A stretch of DNA of 64,000 nucleotides from Candidatus Latescibacterota bacterium. GTDB lineage: Bacteria; Latescibacterota; UBA2968; UBA8231. This document shows positions 19,541 to 30,694 of this stretch, piece after piece. The first letter of the stretch is position 1, and the number at the start of each line of letters is the position of its first letter. The stretch is from NCBI GenBank assembly GCA_965219385.1, contig CBDCNM010000002.1, positions 4,288,305 to 4,352,304 of the forward strand. The letters run 5' to 3'. The notes under the pieces were generated by a model. That model ran no database searches. It was not told where the DNA came from and worked only from the letters and a program-made list of their open reading frames with translations. Both the position numbers and the translations under genes were made by a program.

Positions 19541-20656
19541 CTAGAACAGGTCCATCCCACAGACGGCCTTCCCGATGAACTCGTAGAGCGCGTCGGTCAC
19601 GGGCGCCATCACGGTCGCGGCGCGGCTGTCCCGGAAAAACCGCTCCACCCCGAGGTCCTTGCGAAACGCTGCGCCGCCGCACACCCGCATGGCCAGGTCG
19701 TGCACCTCGAGGGCGGTCTCCGCCCCCACGACCTTGGATTCCAGAACGCGGAGCGTGGCATCCTCCCGTCCATTCTCGACGGCCGCGACCGCATCCTGGA
19801 GAAATCCGTCCGCCATGTCGATCTTCACCCGCATCTTCGCGATGTGGCCCCGGACCTGGGGCAGGTCGGCAAGACGCGATCCGTCGTACTCGTACGCGGA
19901 ATGGGTGACGTGGCCGACGGCCCGATCCAGCACGCCCTCCATCATCCCCACCGACACCGCGCAGTTCTGGAGGCAGAAAATCGGCAGGACCGCGCCCATC
20001 ATCACCTCGAACCCCTGCCCGTCCTCTCCCAGGCGATCCGACCCCTGGACGAGTACATCGGTGGCCGTAATCGGCGCGGACCCGTTGCCGCGAAGACCAA
20101 GGCCGTCGAACGGCTTCGGGATCTCGAGTCCCCTGGCGTCGGCGGGCACCGCCCAGATCGTGCTCGGGCCTTCGGCGGCCACGGGGCGACTGGACCAGAC
20201 GTACACATCGCACTCTCCCGCCGAGGTGGTGAGTTGCTTGGACGCGTTCAACTGGAACCCCTGTCCGTTCTGTGTCGCCGTGCTGACAGGCATCCAGAAG
20301 TGGCTGCGCGACCCGAATTCGGAGAAGGCCAGGCTCGTCAGCTTCCCGGCGGCCGCAATAGACCGCCGCAACGCCTCGGTCCCGTAGCGCTCGATGACGT
20401 TCGCGGCGGAGTAGTGCATCATCGCGATCATCGCCGTGGAGGCACATTCGTGGGCCAGCGCGCGGACGACGGAGGCGCAGGCCCCGAGGCCCTGTCCGAG
20501 TCCGCCCATTTCCTCGGCGGATACGAGGCCGAGCAATCCGGTTTCGCGCGCCGTGTCAATCGCTTCCCGCGGAAAGCGCCCGCGCGCGTCCACATCCGCC
20601 GCGTGTTTCCCGGCGACGGATGCGACTTTTGTAGCAAGTTCGAGGTAGTCGGACAT
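19541..20656 (-). CDS. Acyl-CoA dehydrogenase-family flavoprotein
   Basis: LAFSE.GS, LNASK..TS, GLRGNGS and VCGGAAF..ERFFRD motifs. Confidence 0.9.
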   Translation of the reverse strand: MSDYLELATKVASVAGKHAADVDARGRFPREAIDTARETGLLGLVSAEEMGGLGQGLGACASVVRALAHECASTAMIAMMHYSAANVIERYGTEALRRSIAAAGKLTSLAFSEFGSRSHFWMPVSTATQNGQGFQLNASKQLTTSAGECDVYVWSSRPVAAEGPSTIWAVPADARGLEIPKPFDGLGLRGNGSAPITATDVLVQGSDRLGEDGQGFEVMMGAVLPIFCLQNCAVSVGMMEGVLDRAVGHVTHSAYEYDGSRLADLPQVRGHIAKMRVKIDMADGFLQDAVAAVENGREDATLRVLESKVVGAETALEVHDLAMRVCGGAAFRKDLGVERFFRDSRAATVMAPVTDALYEFIGKAVCGMDLF

Positions 20657-21002
20657 CTGGCTTCCTTTCGTGAGGTGAATCGGCCGCGGTATCCACTCCC
20701 ATCACCTGACGGGGCATCGAGGTGGCGAGCGCAAACCAGTGCGGTCGACGCGGCGGAAAACCAGACCAAGGAGGTCATGCCACCTGGATGGAGGCGCGTC
20801 AGCCGACGCGGTGGAGAAGGTATGAGAGACGGTTTATCATAGCGTGGAGTATCCAATGCCTGCGGTCGCTACGAGATAACGGCTTGAATATATACTAAAG
20901 AGGGATTGGCGACAAGAAAATAGAAAAACTCTGCCCCTTGCGCCTAGCCTGCTCCAATTTCCTCATACTTGTGTCAATACGGTCCTCCCTGTAAACCCAC
21001 GG

Positions 21003-21031
21003 TTGACAGATAAGAATCCGCCCCGTATTTT
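21003..21031 (+). promoter_or_regulatory. Candidate sigma70 promoter
   Basis: TTGACA-17bp-TATTTT upstream of hairpin element copy 1. Confidence 0.55.
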
Positions 21032-21081
21032 CGCCCTTCCAGAAAATCAGTACATAACGAAACCGGATGACCCTACCCGGA

Positions 21082-21274
21082 TCGAGGTCGCAAGGGGATG
21101 GGGCCGGCGGCGTTTTGTGGGGGTGGGGGTGGGCGGAACCCGGATCCAGAGGCCCGGCCGCTCTTGGCAGCACGAACTGAGGCAGAAAAAGCGCCAAAAG
21201 GTCTCCCCACCCCTCTTCGGGCGTCACCAAACGCCAGAGGCCCTGTCCCCTTGTGACCAGCCGCCGATTTCGTC
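21082..21274 (+). repeat. Dispersed structured leader element, copy 1
   Basis: Long imperfect stem with GGCGTTTT...AAACGCCAGAGGC core; homologous to the copies at 25368, 25737 and 53860. Confidence 0.8.
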
Positions 21275-21329
21275 AACTACTGAAAATCCCTGGACCAATC
21301 TGAAAAACCGCGCAAGAAACGGAGATATC

Positions 21330-22384
21330 ATGCCTGTTCTGAACGCAGAAAAGCTAGAAAACGCATGCGCCCGCGTCCTGTCTGGCGCCGGCGTAGATCC
21401 CCAGGAAGCGCAGCAGGTAGCCCACTCTCTCCTGCTGGCCAACCTCATGGGCCACGACTCCCACGGCGTCATCCGCCTGATCCAGTACATCGAATACCTG
21501 CGCGACGGCCGTTACAAAGCCGGCCAGCAGATCCAGATCGTGCGCCAGGCCGATGCCTCGGCCGTGGTCGACGGCGGCTATGGATTCGGCCAGACCGTCT
21601 GCCACCAGGCCATGCAACTGGCCATCGAAAAGGCCAGAGCGCGCTCCGTGGGCGTGGTGGAACTGTTCAATAGCAGCCATATCGGCCGCCTGGGGGAGTA
21701 CGTGGAAACAGCCGCCGAACAGGATATGATCGGGATCGTGATGTGCAACAATCACGGGGTCGGCCTGTGGCAGCCCCCCTTCGGCGGTGTGGACCGGCGC
21801 ATGTCGCCCAATCCCCTCGCCGTGGGCATTCCCACCGGCCGGGATTTTCCCATCGTGGTGGACATGACCTCGAGCGTGGTGGCCGAGGGCAAAATCCGGG
21901 TCAAACGCAACCAGGGCGAAAGCATCCCGGAAGGCTGGGCCCTCGACGCCGAGGGCAACCCGACCACCGACCCCGAGGCCTTCTACGGCCCGCCGCGCGG
22001 CGCCATCCTGCCCTTTGGCGGCATTGCCGCCCACAAAGGCTATGCCCTCGGCGTGGTGGTGGACATCCTTTCCGGCGCCCTGGGCGGGGCCGGGTGCAGC
22101 CGCGATCCCGAAGCAAGCGGAGGCCGCAACGGGGTCTTTATCATGGCCATCGACATTGCCGCCTTTACGGGCCGGAACCAGTTCCAGGAGGAGGTGAATG
22201 CCTTTATCGACTTTTTGAAAAGCTCCCGCCTCATGCCGGGCTTCGAGCAAATCTTCCTGCCCGGCGAGATCGAATACCGGATGCGGCGACAAAGAGAACG
22301 CGAAGGACTCGCCATAGACGACGAGACCTGCCGCCAGATCCACCAGGCCGCCCAGACCGTGGGCGTAGAGATCGACCTGGAGAG

Positions 22385-22388
<4 letters not shown>
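21330..22388 (+). CDS. Ldh_2-family (malate/L-lactate dehydrogenase-like) oxidoreductase
   Basis: GHDSHG, HIGRLG, NPLA.G, DMTSS and HKGYAL motifs; GGAGA RBS before the ATG at 21330. Confidence 0.9.
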
Positions 22389-23737
<1,349 letters not shown>

Positions 23738-23791
23738 GTCGATCTCCTTTTTCAAATGGTCCGCTTTTGCCTGCTCTATTCCTTGCGCTCT

Positions 23792-24973
23792 TCACTCGGC
23801 GATTCCGCAGAAATGGGCCGCGGTCAAAGCATAGACCCGGGCCGCCCGCTCCATGCGCTCGATCGAGACCCACTCCACATCGGCGTGGGCGGTTTCGTTG
23901 GAGGGACCGTAGTAAAAGGTCGGCACTCCGCTGCCGTTTGCGTAGAGGTTGGCATCCCCCACGATCCGCATACCCACGTACTCGGGCTCCCGTCCGTTCA
24001 CCCGGGCATGCGCCCGGGCTGCCGCCTGCACCGCCGGATCGTCCTGCGGGGTCTCGAAGGGCTCGCGCTCGTGCTCCATGCGCACCTCCAGCTCGAGCTT
24101 ACCTGCCTGCGCCAAGGGCCTGGCCAGTTCCTCGAGCTCGGCCAGGGCATCCGCGGCGGTCTTTCCCGGGGCCCAGCGCAGGGTACCGGTGAGGCTCGAA
24201 TGCAGCGGTGTCCGGTTGAAGTAGTCTCCCGAGTGCACGATCCCCAGGTCGATGCGCTCAGGGCCGGCGAGGGGATGGACCGGGCCGGCGTCCATTTCCT
24301 CCTGGCGCTGGTGGATTCGCCGGATCAGATCGCCCACGTAGCGGAGGGGATTTTCCGCAAAAGGCACATACTGGGTGTGTTGCCCCCCACGGTCGGATTC
24401 CAGCTCCAGGGTGAAGACCATGGAGCCCATGCTCATCACCCACAGCCGGTCCCCCCCCTCTACGATTGCGATCCGGTCGCCCTCCACCCGGCCGCTGTTT
24501 ATATCCTCGATCAGGGCTTGGGGCCCGTCTTTGTGCGCTTCTGGCTCCTCGTGACCTACCACCGCGGTCAGCACCAGATCTCCTTTGAGCCGGACCCCGG
24601 ACCGCAGCAGAGCACGGGCCGCACCCAGCATGGCGGCCATGCCCCCCTTCATGTCCGTACTGCCCCGGCCGTAAATCAAGTCCCCCTCCCGCCGGCAGGG
24701 CCAGCAGTCGCCGATGGGAATGGTATCCAGGTGGCCATTGAGCATCAAATTGGGCCCCGTGCCGCTGCCCTGGATCCGGGCGTAGAGGTTGTTCCGCCCC
24801 GGCGTGACCTCGCGGACATCCACTTCCAGGTCCAGCCCCCGCAATTTATCCTCGAAGCAGCGGCACACCTCCTCTTCGTCCATGGTCACACTCGGGATCT
24901 CCACCAGGTTCATGGCCTGCTCGGCGATCCACTCGCCGTCAATGGCGCTCAAAATGGTTTCAGAATCGTTCAT
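23792..24973 (-). CDS. M20-family metallohydrolase (ArgE/DapE-like)
   Basis: NGHLDT, GRGSTDMKGG, HEE and AHADVE motifs. Confidence 0.9.
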   Translation of the reverse strand: MNDSETILSAIDGEWIAEQAMNLVEIPSVTMDEEEVCRCFEDKLRGLDLEVDVREVTPGRNNLYARIQGSGTGPNLMLNGHLDTIPIGDCWPCRREGDLIYGRGSTDMKGGMAAMLGAARALLRSGVRLKGDLVLTAVVGHEEPEAHKDGPQALIEDINSGRVEGDRIAIVEGGDRLWVMSMGSMVFTLELESDRGGQHTQYVPFAENPLRYVGDLIRRIHQRQEEMDAGPVHPLAGPERIDLGIVHSGDYFNRTPLHSSLTGTLRWAPGKTAADALAELEELARPLAQAGKLELEVRMEHEREPFETPQDDPAVQAAARAHARVNGREPEYVGMRIVGDANLYANGSGVPTFYYGPSNETAHADVEWVSIERMERAARVYALTAAHFCGIAE

Positions 24974-25076
24974 GTGGTCGCCTCCCGGCAGCTCTCCTCT
25001 CGTGCGAGTCCCAGGGATTTTTCCGGCGGATAATCTCGGTAGTAGCCCCCTTGCAGGCGAATGGCTCCATTTTCTT

Positions 25077-25328
25077 TCATAACCTCGTCTCCTCGCGCGG
25101 CAAAGTTGAAGGCTCACAGGAAGTTGCGGAAGAATTCCGCGGAATCACCCGGGAGCCGCGCACGTTCATGTGGTTGATCGCAAAATCTTTCCACGGATTA
25201 ATGTAACCCATGATATCCGCTGGGGCTATTCTAGATTCGGCCGCCGTGGTCCAGGTGGTCATGGTGCCGCCCTGGGACAGCCCCATCATGCCGATGCGCC
25301 CGGGATCTACTGCCGGCCGGGTTTCCAA
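25077..25328 (-). pseudogene. Alpha/beta hydrolase (esterase) internal fragment
   Basis: VDPGRIGMMGLSQGG nucleophile elbow in only 83 aa. Confidence 0.65.
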
Positions 25329-25367
25329 CTACAGCAATTTTCAAGAGCCTACCTATTTTCAGCACTG

Positions 25368-25536
25368 CACGGAATCGGCGGTTGGCCGTGCGGGGCTTGT
25401 GCCTCTGGCGTTTTACGATGCCCAGGGCGCTCTTACCCCCTTCCACTCCCCCAGGCAGGCCTGAGTCCCAGAGCCCCCTTTTCCCCGCTCCACCCCCCCA
25501 TAAAACGCCGACGGCAAAATCCCCTCCCGCCCTTGA
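25368..25536 (-). repeat. Dispersed structured leader element, copy 2
   Basis: Near-identical to 53860-54030. Confidence 0.9.
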
Positions 25537-25672
25537 GGGCCAAATAGCTACGGGTATTCCGTGAAGTACTGATTTCCGCCGAAGAGCTTGGGCTTGACTT
25601 GATTTCACTGCTCCATTGATAAAGATATAGCAAATCTCGCGGTCCAGATCGCGGACAAAATGGCTCGACAGG

Positions 25673-25701
25673 TTGCCAGCAATAAAGAGCCCCTTTATAC
25701 T
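25673..25701 (+). promoter_or_regulatory. Candidate sigma70 promoter
   Basis: TTGCCA-17bp-TATACT upstream of element copy 3. Confidence 0.6.
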
Positions 25702-25736
25702 ATCAATACATGACGAAACCGAGTGACCCCACAGGC

Positions 25737-25928
25737 TCGAGGCCGGAAGGGAATGCTGCCGGAGGCGTTTTATGCCGAGTGGGGCGCGGGGCGGAATAGA
25801 CCAAGGAGCCCAGCCGATTTTCGGGGTGTCCCCTGAGGCGAGCCCGCCCACCACAAAAAGGTCACTCCACCAGCTGGGCGCCTCGTGAAACGCCAGAGGC
25901 AGCATCCCTTTCGGCCGTCCGCCAATCC
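25737..25928 (+). repeat. Dispersed structured leader element, copy 3
   Basis: Same core motifs; ends immediately before the AGGAG RBS of the PhyH gene. Confidence 0.8.
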
Positions 25929-25939
25929 AGGAGTACGAC

Positions 25940-26737
25940 ATGCTGGCCGACGAACAAAAGAATTTCTTCAAAACCTTTGGTTTCCTGGTCCTGCGCCAGG
26001 TATTCACCCCCCAGGAAATAGACCAGATCCGCCACGAATCCGACCGCATCCTGCTGGAAAACCGGCAGGGCAGGCCCTTCCCGGGCACCAAGCGCCAGGC
26101 CATGATCCCCTTCTTCGAGCACAGCCCCGCGCTCTTGTGGCTGCTCGAGGACGACCGCATCTACCAGCTGGGCATCGATTTGCTGGGCCCCAACTTTATC
26201 CTCAACGCCACCGAGGGCAACCTGCACGTGGGCGATACCCAGTGGCACGGCGGTGGTCCCGAAGCCGAAGTCGTGCCCCACATCAAGATCGCCTTCTATC
26301 TCGAGCCGACCACCAAAGACACCGGGGCCCTGCGCCTCATCCCCGGCTCCAACTACCCGGAAATCAGGCAGCACCTGCAGCCGCTGACGGCCCAGAACGA
26401 CGATCCGAGCGCGAAACCCTTCGGGGTCTCCGGCGCGGAAATCCCCTGCCAGGCCTTCGAATCCAAGCCCGGCGATATCGGCATATTCTCGGAGTACACC
26501 TGGCACGCGGCCTTTGGTGGGGCCCCGGGACGCTCCCAGCACGCCATCAACTTCATCGCCAATCCGGAGACCGACGAGCAGGTCGCTCATATCCGCGGTC
26601 TGTATGAAAATTGGCTCTATTCACTGCATCCTCTGGAGGTGTTGATCAACAGCGATCGGCCCCGACTCAGGGGCATGGTCGAAAAGCTGGTGGAGATGGG
26701 CTTCGAACCACCTCTACCCACCCCCATCTTCACCTAA
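25940..26737 (+). CDS. PhyH-family Fe(II)/2-oxoglutarate enzyme with HxG in place of HxD
   Basis: F.TFGFLVLR, QWHGGG, GALRLIPGSN, PGDI..F and WHA motifs. Confidence 0.85.
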   Translation: MLADEQKNFFKTFGFLVLRQVFTPQEIDQIRHESDRILLENRQGRPFPGTKRQAMIPFFEHSPALLWLLEDDRIYQLGIDLLGPNFILNATEGNLHVGDTQWHGGGPEAEVVPHIKIAFYLEPTTKDTGALRLIPGSNYPEIRQHLQPLTAQNDDPSAKPFGVSGAEIPCQAFESKPGDIGIFSEYTWHAAFGGAPGRSQHAINFIANPETDEQVAHIRGLYENWLYSLHPLEVLINSDRPRLRGMVEKLVEMGFEPPLPTPIFT

Positions 26738-26838
26738 CCCCCTTGAGCCGTGCAATTCATCAGAGCCAAAGATGGATCTACAGGCCGGCATGCTGGTCGA
26801 AGCCTGCTTTGTCGCCGAGTTTCCCCAGGAGTGAGCCA

Positions 26839-27696
26839 ATGGAAACCCCGCTCGAAGAAAATCTGCGCCGCCTGAAGACAGACGGCTTCTGCATTCTCGA
26901 GGCCATCATCCCCGCCGCCCGGGTCGGCGAAGTCAGGGAGAGCGTGGTCCAGGCCCAGGCCGCCCATCATCAGGAGGCCGAGGCCGATCTGGCCCAAACC
27001 AGGGCCCGCGGGCACCGCATCGGGGCCCGCGGCGTGGCCAACCTCAAACAGATCATCAACGCGACCCAGAGCTTTGTCCCCTACCTGGCCGACCGGCGGA
27101 TTCTGGATATCGTCGAGGCCGTCTTCGGCCCGCACGCGCGGGTTTCCTCCACCAGCTGCGTCATCAACTACCCGGGCAACGAACGCGGCTATCTGCACGC
27201 GGACTGGCCCTACAACGCCACCAATGCCTCGCACGTGCCGGCGCCCTACCCGGACGCGATCCTGCACCTTTCGAGCATCTGGATGCTGTCGTCCTTCAGC
27301 GCCGAGACCGGCGGCACCATTGTCCTGCCCGGGAGCCACCGCAAGCTCGACAACCCCGCTTCAGGGAAAATGAGCGCCATTGATTGCGACACTCCCTACC
27401 CGGGCGAAATGCACGTGAGCGGCGCCGCCGGCAGCGTCCTGCTCTACGACAGCCGGCTGTGGCACGCAGTGGCATCCAACCACAGCGACCAGCCTCGGGT
27501 GGCTCTCCTCGTCCGCTACGCGCCCTGGTGGCTCAACCTGAACCCCACCATGATCGGCACCCCGGAACACACCAGCATGGTGGTGGAAACCGGCGGCAAA
27601 AACTACGAAGCGCCCCCGGTGCGCGCCGCGGTCTACGACGCCCTGCCCGAGGATGTAAAACCGCTCTACCGGCACTGGGTGGAAGGTCGCGTATAA
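26839..27696 (+). CDS. PhyH-family Fe(II)/2-oxoglutarate dioxygenase
   Basis: DGFCILE, LHADWP, GGT.VLPGSH and DSRLWH motifs. Confidence 0.9.
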   Translation: METPLEENLRRLKTDGFCILEAIIPAARVGEVRESVVQAQAAHHQEAEADLAQTRARGHRIGARGVANLKQIINATQSFVPYLADRRILDIVEAVFGPHARVSSTSCVINYPGNERGYLHADWPYNATNASHVPAPYPDAILHLSSIWMLSSFSAETGGTIVLPGSHRKLDNPASGKMSAIDCDTPYPGEMHVSGAAGSVLLYDSRLWHAVASNHSDQPRVALLVRYAPWWLNLNPTMIGTPEHTSMVVETGGKNYEAPPVRAAVYDALPEDVKPLYRHWVEGRV

Positions 27697-27699
27697 GAG

Positions 27700-28183
27700 C
27701 CCCAACGCCTCTTACCCTGGTGGACTGTTTCCCCCCGGTGCTCGAAGCGGCCGGGGTGCGGCCGGTGGAAGAGGATGAAAACTTGCCCGGCGCCTCGCTC
27801 TGGGAGCTGGCGCGGACAGACGACAGGGAGCGCACGATTTCAGCGAGTACCACGCGGTGGGCACGCGCCATGCGTCCTATATGCTGCGCAACGGACGCTA
27901 CAAGTACGTGTATCACGTCGCCCAAAAGGACCAGCTCTTCGATATGGTGCAAGATCCGCTGGAGCGCAAGGATCGGATCGACGAGCCTGGGTGCGGAGCG
28001 GTCGTCGAGGGCTTCGAGCAGGAATTGCGAGCTTTGCTGGATCCGGAAGAGGTCGATGCACGGGCGCGGGCGGCTCAGAAGAGGAGGCTGGAAGAGCTGG
28101 GGGGTGAAGAGGCTCTGCTGCGACGAGGAGCGTTTCGGAATTCTCCGGTGCCGGGAGAAAAGCCGGCGTTTCGACCCTACTGA
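27700..28183 (+). pseudogene. Sulfatase (choline sulfatase-like) C-terminal fragment, frameshifted
   Basis: LVDCFP, LPGASL, SEYHA, MLR.GRYKY and QLFD...DP.E motifs; N-terminal catalytic part missing. Confidence 0.75.
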
Positions 28184-28244
28184 GCGAGAGGGCACCCTGC
28201 GGCCCGGCCCCTGGAAAACCCCTCGAGAACCTCTGCCGCGCTGC

Positions 28245-30233
28245 CTAGGCGAACGGCACCGGAATCCCGTCGCCATGCCAGGGGAAGGCATAACTCGGGG
28301 CATTCACAAAGCGATTCAAACCCGCCTCCACCCGAATCGCAGTGGACGGCGGCAACTCCACCGCAAAGTACTTGCCATCCACCTGCGCCACCGACTCGCC
28401 GTCCCGGCCCTCCTCGCGGTACCTGATCCGCGTAAACCCATGCTCGCCAAAGGCCCCGGCCTGCACAATCAGATTGCGGGTCTCATTGCGACCGGTATTG
28501 ACCAGCTGCAATCCCACCACATCGGCCCCCAGCTTGTCGACCAGGGCCGCCACCTCGAGCGGCAGGCCCGGGCGGGCGCGGTCCTGGTCGAAATAGCGCA
28601 CCGTGGCGCGCAGCAGACCCCCGTTGTAAATGGACTGAGGCGCGCCCAGGGTCACCTGGGTCAGCCCCTTGGTCAGCACCGGCTGATTCGGGAACCGGTT
28701 GGTGGTAATCATCTCGTAGTGGGTGCGTTCGTCCAGACGCATCTCCTGGAATTTCTCCAGGGCGTGGTGGTACTCGGCCCTGAGAATCTTTTCGGGCCAG
28801 TCCGGATTCTTGCCGTCGTAGTACTGGAAGCGGGCGAATTCGGTCTGGCCTCGATTCTTTTCCCCCAGCTGCGCACCGACCTCGTTCCAGTCGCGCTCCA
28901 CCTCGCCATCGCGCACCGAGGTGATCAACTCGTAGTCCTCCCGGGCCATGGAGGCGTGGTAGAGGTGCACCAGTTCCTGGGCCCGCATGGGGCTGGGGGG
29001 CTGCCAGTAGCCCCGCATCTCGATACCGTCGATTTCGTGCAGGCCCGGGGGTTGCCGCAGATCCCAGCCGTCGGGGCCGTAGCGAATGGGCACCAGGAAC
29101 TGGCCGTCCTCGCGCTTGAAGCCGTTGTCGAGGATCAGCTTGAGCTGCGAGCGCAGGAAGTCCAGATAGCCGCTGTCGCCGGTGAGCAGCTGGCAGCACT
29201 CCACCGCGATGTTGATGCCGTGGAACATGATGTTGAACCCCTGGTAGTGGTTCCAGCCGTACTGTCCACCCCACCACCCCCCCTCGCGGCTCCCGCCGAT
29301 AACCCCCTGGGCATCGACGTTGTCCGGGGTGATGCCCCCATTTTTCTCGGTGCGCTCCATCCAGGCCCCGGTGTAGTCCAGGACCCACTGCTTGTACTTC
29401 TGGTCTCCGGTGTGGAGGTAGGCATGGGTCACCAGGGCCGTGGCCGCCAGGCTGTTGGGGGTGTCGCACTGCAGCACCAGCCTGTTGAACAGGTCGACGA
29501 TCTGCCGCCGCCGCTGAGCATCTTCGAACCAGCGGGGCTCCAGGTCTTTGACGATGGGATAGAGACTGGCGCGCACCCCGTAGTAGTTGGCCTGGCCCCC
29601 GAGCCCGCGCCCTCCCCAGAGCATGGTGTTGGCGTCATGGGCATCCCCCTCTAGCTTGGGTCCCTGGCTCGAGTGGAAGGGCGAGCGCAGGATGCGATGC
29701 GCGGGATCGTAGTTAGGCGCTTCGGGGTCCTCGCCGATGAACATGGCGGCAAAACGCCGCGCCCGACGCAAATTTTCCGAGATGGTCGGATCGGCCACGC
29801 CAAAATCGTAGAAGGCCATATTGCCTTCGCCCAAATGGTGCCACTCGGTGACCTGGGCCATGTTCCAGAACTCGTTGTGGATGGAGGGCCGGAAGACCTT
29901 CTTGTGCTTGTTGTGCACCGGACGGTGGTTGAAGCTGTCGTCGCTGATGCGGGTGGTGGCATTCCACTGCTGCAGATGGATGTCCAGCATGTCATCGGCG
30001 CCGCCGATGGCGTAGAACAGGCCGAAGTTGTAGAACTGCTCGTAGAGATCGTCCACGTCCTCGGCCAGCAAGGTGCCGCCGCCGCGCTCGATGTACTTGC
30101 GGGTGAACAGACGGGCCGACTCCTCCATCAGTTCGATCAAATTGCGCTCCATCAAGGCCCAGGCCGGCGGCGCTCCGAGCCGGGTTGCCCTGAGTTTTGT
30201 CATGCCCGGGATTTCGATGGGTTTTGCTGCCAT
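28245..30233 (-). CDS. Conserved-looking hypothetical protein (662 aa, Trp/Tyr-rich)
   Basis: Long ORF with host-like codon bias and an AGGAGG RBS; no motif recognised. Confidence 0.8.
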   Translation of the reverse strand: MAAKPIEIPGMTKLRATRLGAPPAWALMERNLIELMEESARLFTRKYIERGGGTLLAEDVDDLYEQFYNFGLFYAIGGADDMLDIHLQQWNATTRISDDSFNHRPVHNKHKKVFRPSIHNEFWNMAQVTEWHHLGEGNMAFYDFGVADPTISENLRRARRFAAMFIGEDPEAPNYDPAHRILRSPFHSSQGPKLEGDAHDANTMLWGGRGLGGQANYYGVRASLYPIVKDLEPRWFEDAQRRRQIVDLFNRLVLQCDTPNSLAATALVTHAYLHTGDQKYKQWVLDYTGAWMERTEKNGGITPDNVDAQGVIGGSREGGWWGGQYGWNHYQGFNIMFHGINIAVECCQLLTGDSGYLDFLRSQLKLILDNGFKREDGQFLVPIRYGPDGWDLRQPPGLHEIDGIEMRGYWQPPSPMRAQELVHLYHASMAREDYELITSVRDGEVERDWNEVGAQLGEKNRGQTEFARFQYYDGKNPDWPEKILRAEYHHALEKFQEMRLDERTHYEMITTNRFPNQPVLTKGLTQVTLGAPQSIYNGGLLRATVRYFDQDRARPGLPLEVAALVDKLGADVVGLQLVNTGRNETRNLIVQAGAFGEHGFTRIRYREEGRDGESVAQVDGKYFAVELPPSTAIRVEAGLNRFVNAPSYAFPWHGDGIPVPFA

Positions 30234-30239
30234 TTTTCA

Positions 30240-30580
30240 GTGCCCTCCTGGACGAATGCGGCTTCGCCGGGATGCAGTTTACCGAGCTCCTGGCGAAGAC
30301 CGGAATCACCTGACGCAGAATCACATAACCCTGGTCAATGAATTGCTCTTTGCCGGTCGTGAACGGATGCTGCGGAGTGTGGTTGGGTAGCGAACGTCCG
30401 AACAATCTACGGAGAGATCCCGGAAAAATCAATGCCGTTGCCGTCGGAAAAGTTCGATCCGGTGCGCGCCATGCCAGGTGCTTGAGATTCCCTGCTGTCC
30501 AGAGGGGCATCCGTGGCCACCACGATCATGCAGGAGCCGTCACCGGAATCTTCCTCCTGCCCGGCCGTTGATGGTTCAGG
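30240..30580 (-). pseudogene. Fused gene debris: DmpA/P1 peptidase fragment plus PhyH N-terminal fragment
   Basis: DGSCMIVVATDAPL..MARTGS (30407-30580) and EQFIDQGYVILRQVIP (about 30290-30350). Confidence 0.6.
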
Positions 30581-30694
30581 AAGAACTCGGTTCCAAGTTC
30601 TCCTGACCTTGGCCACCAGCATCCGGGCGAGCAGCGGAAAAAGTCCCGCTTCGGGCGCAAAGATCGAGGGCCCGCCCCGTTCAGATCGGCGCCT

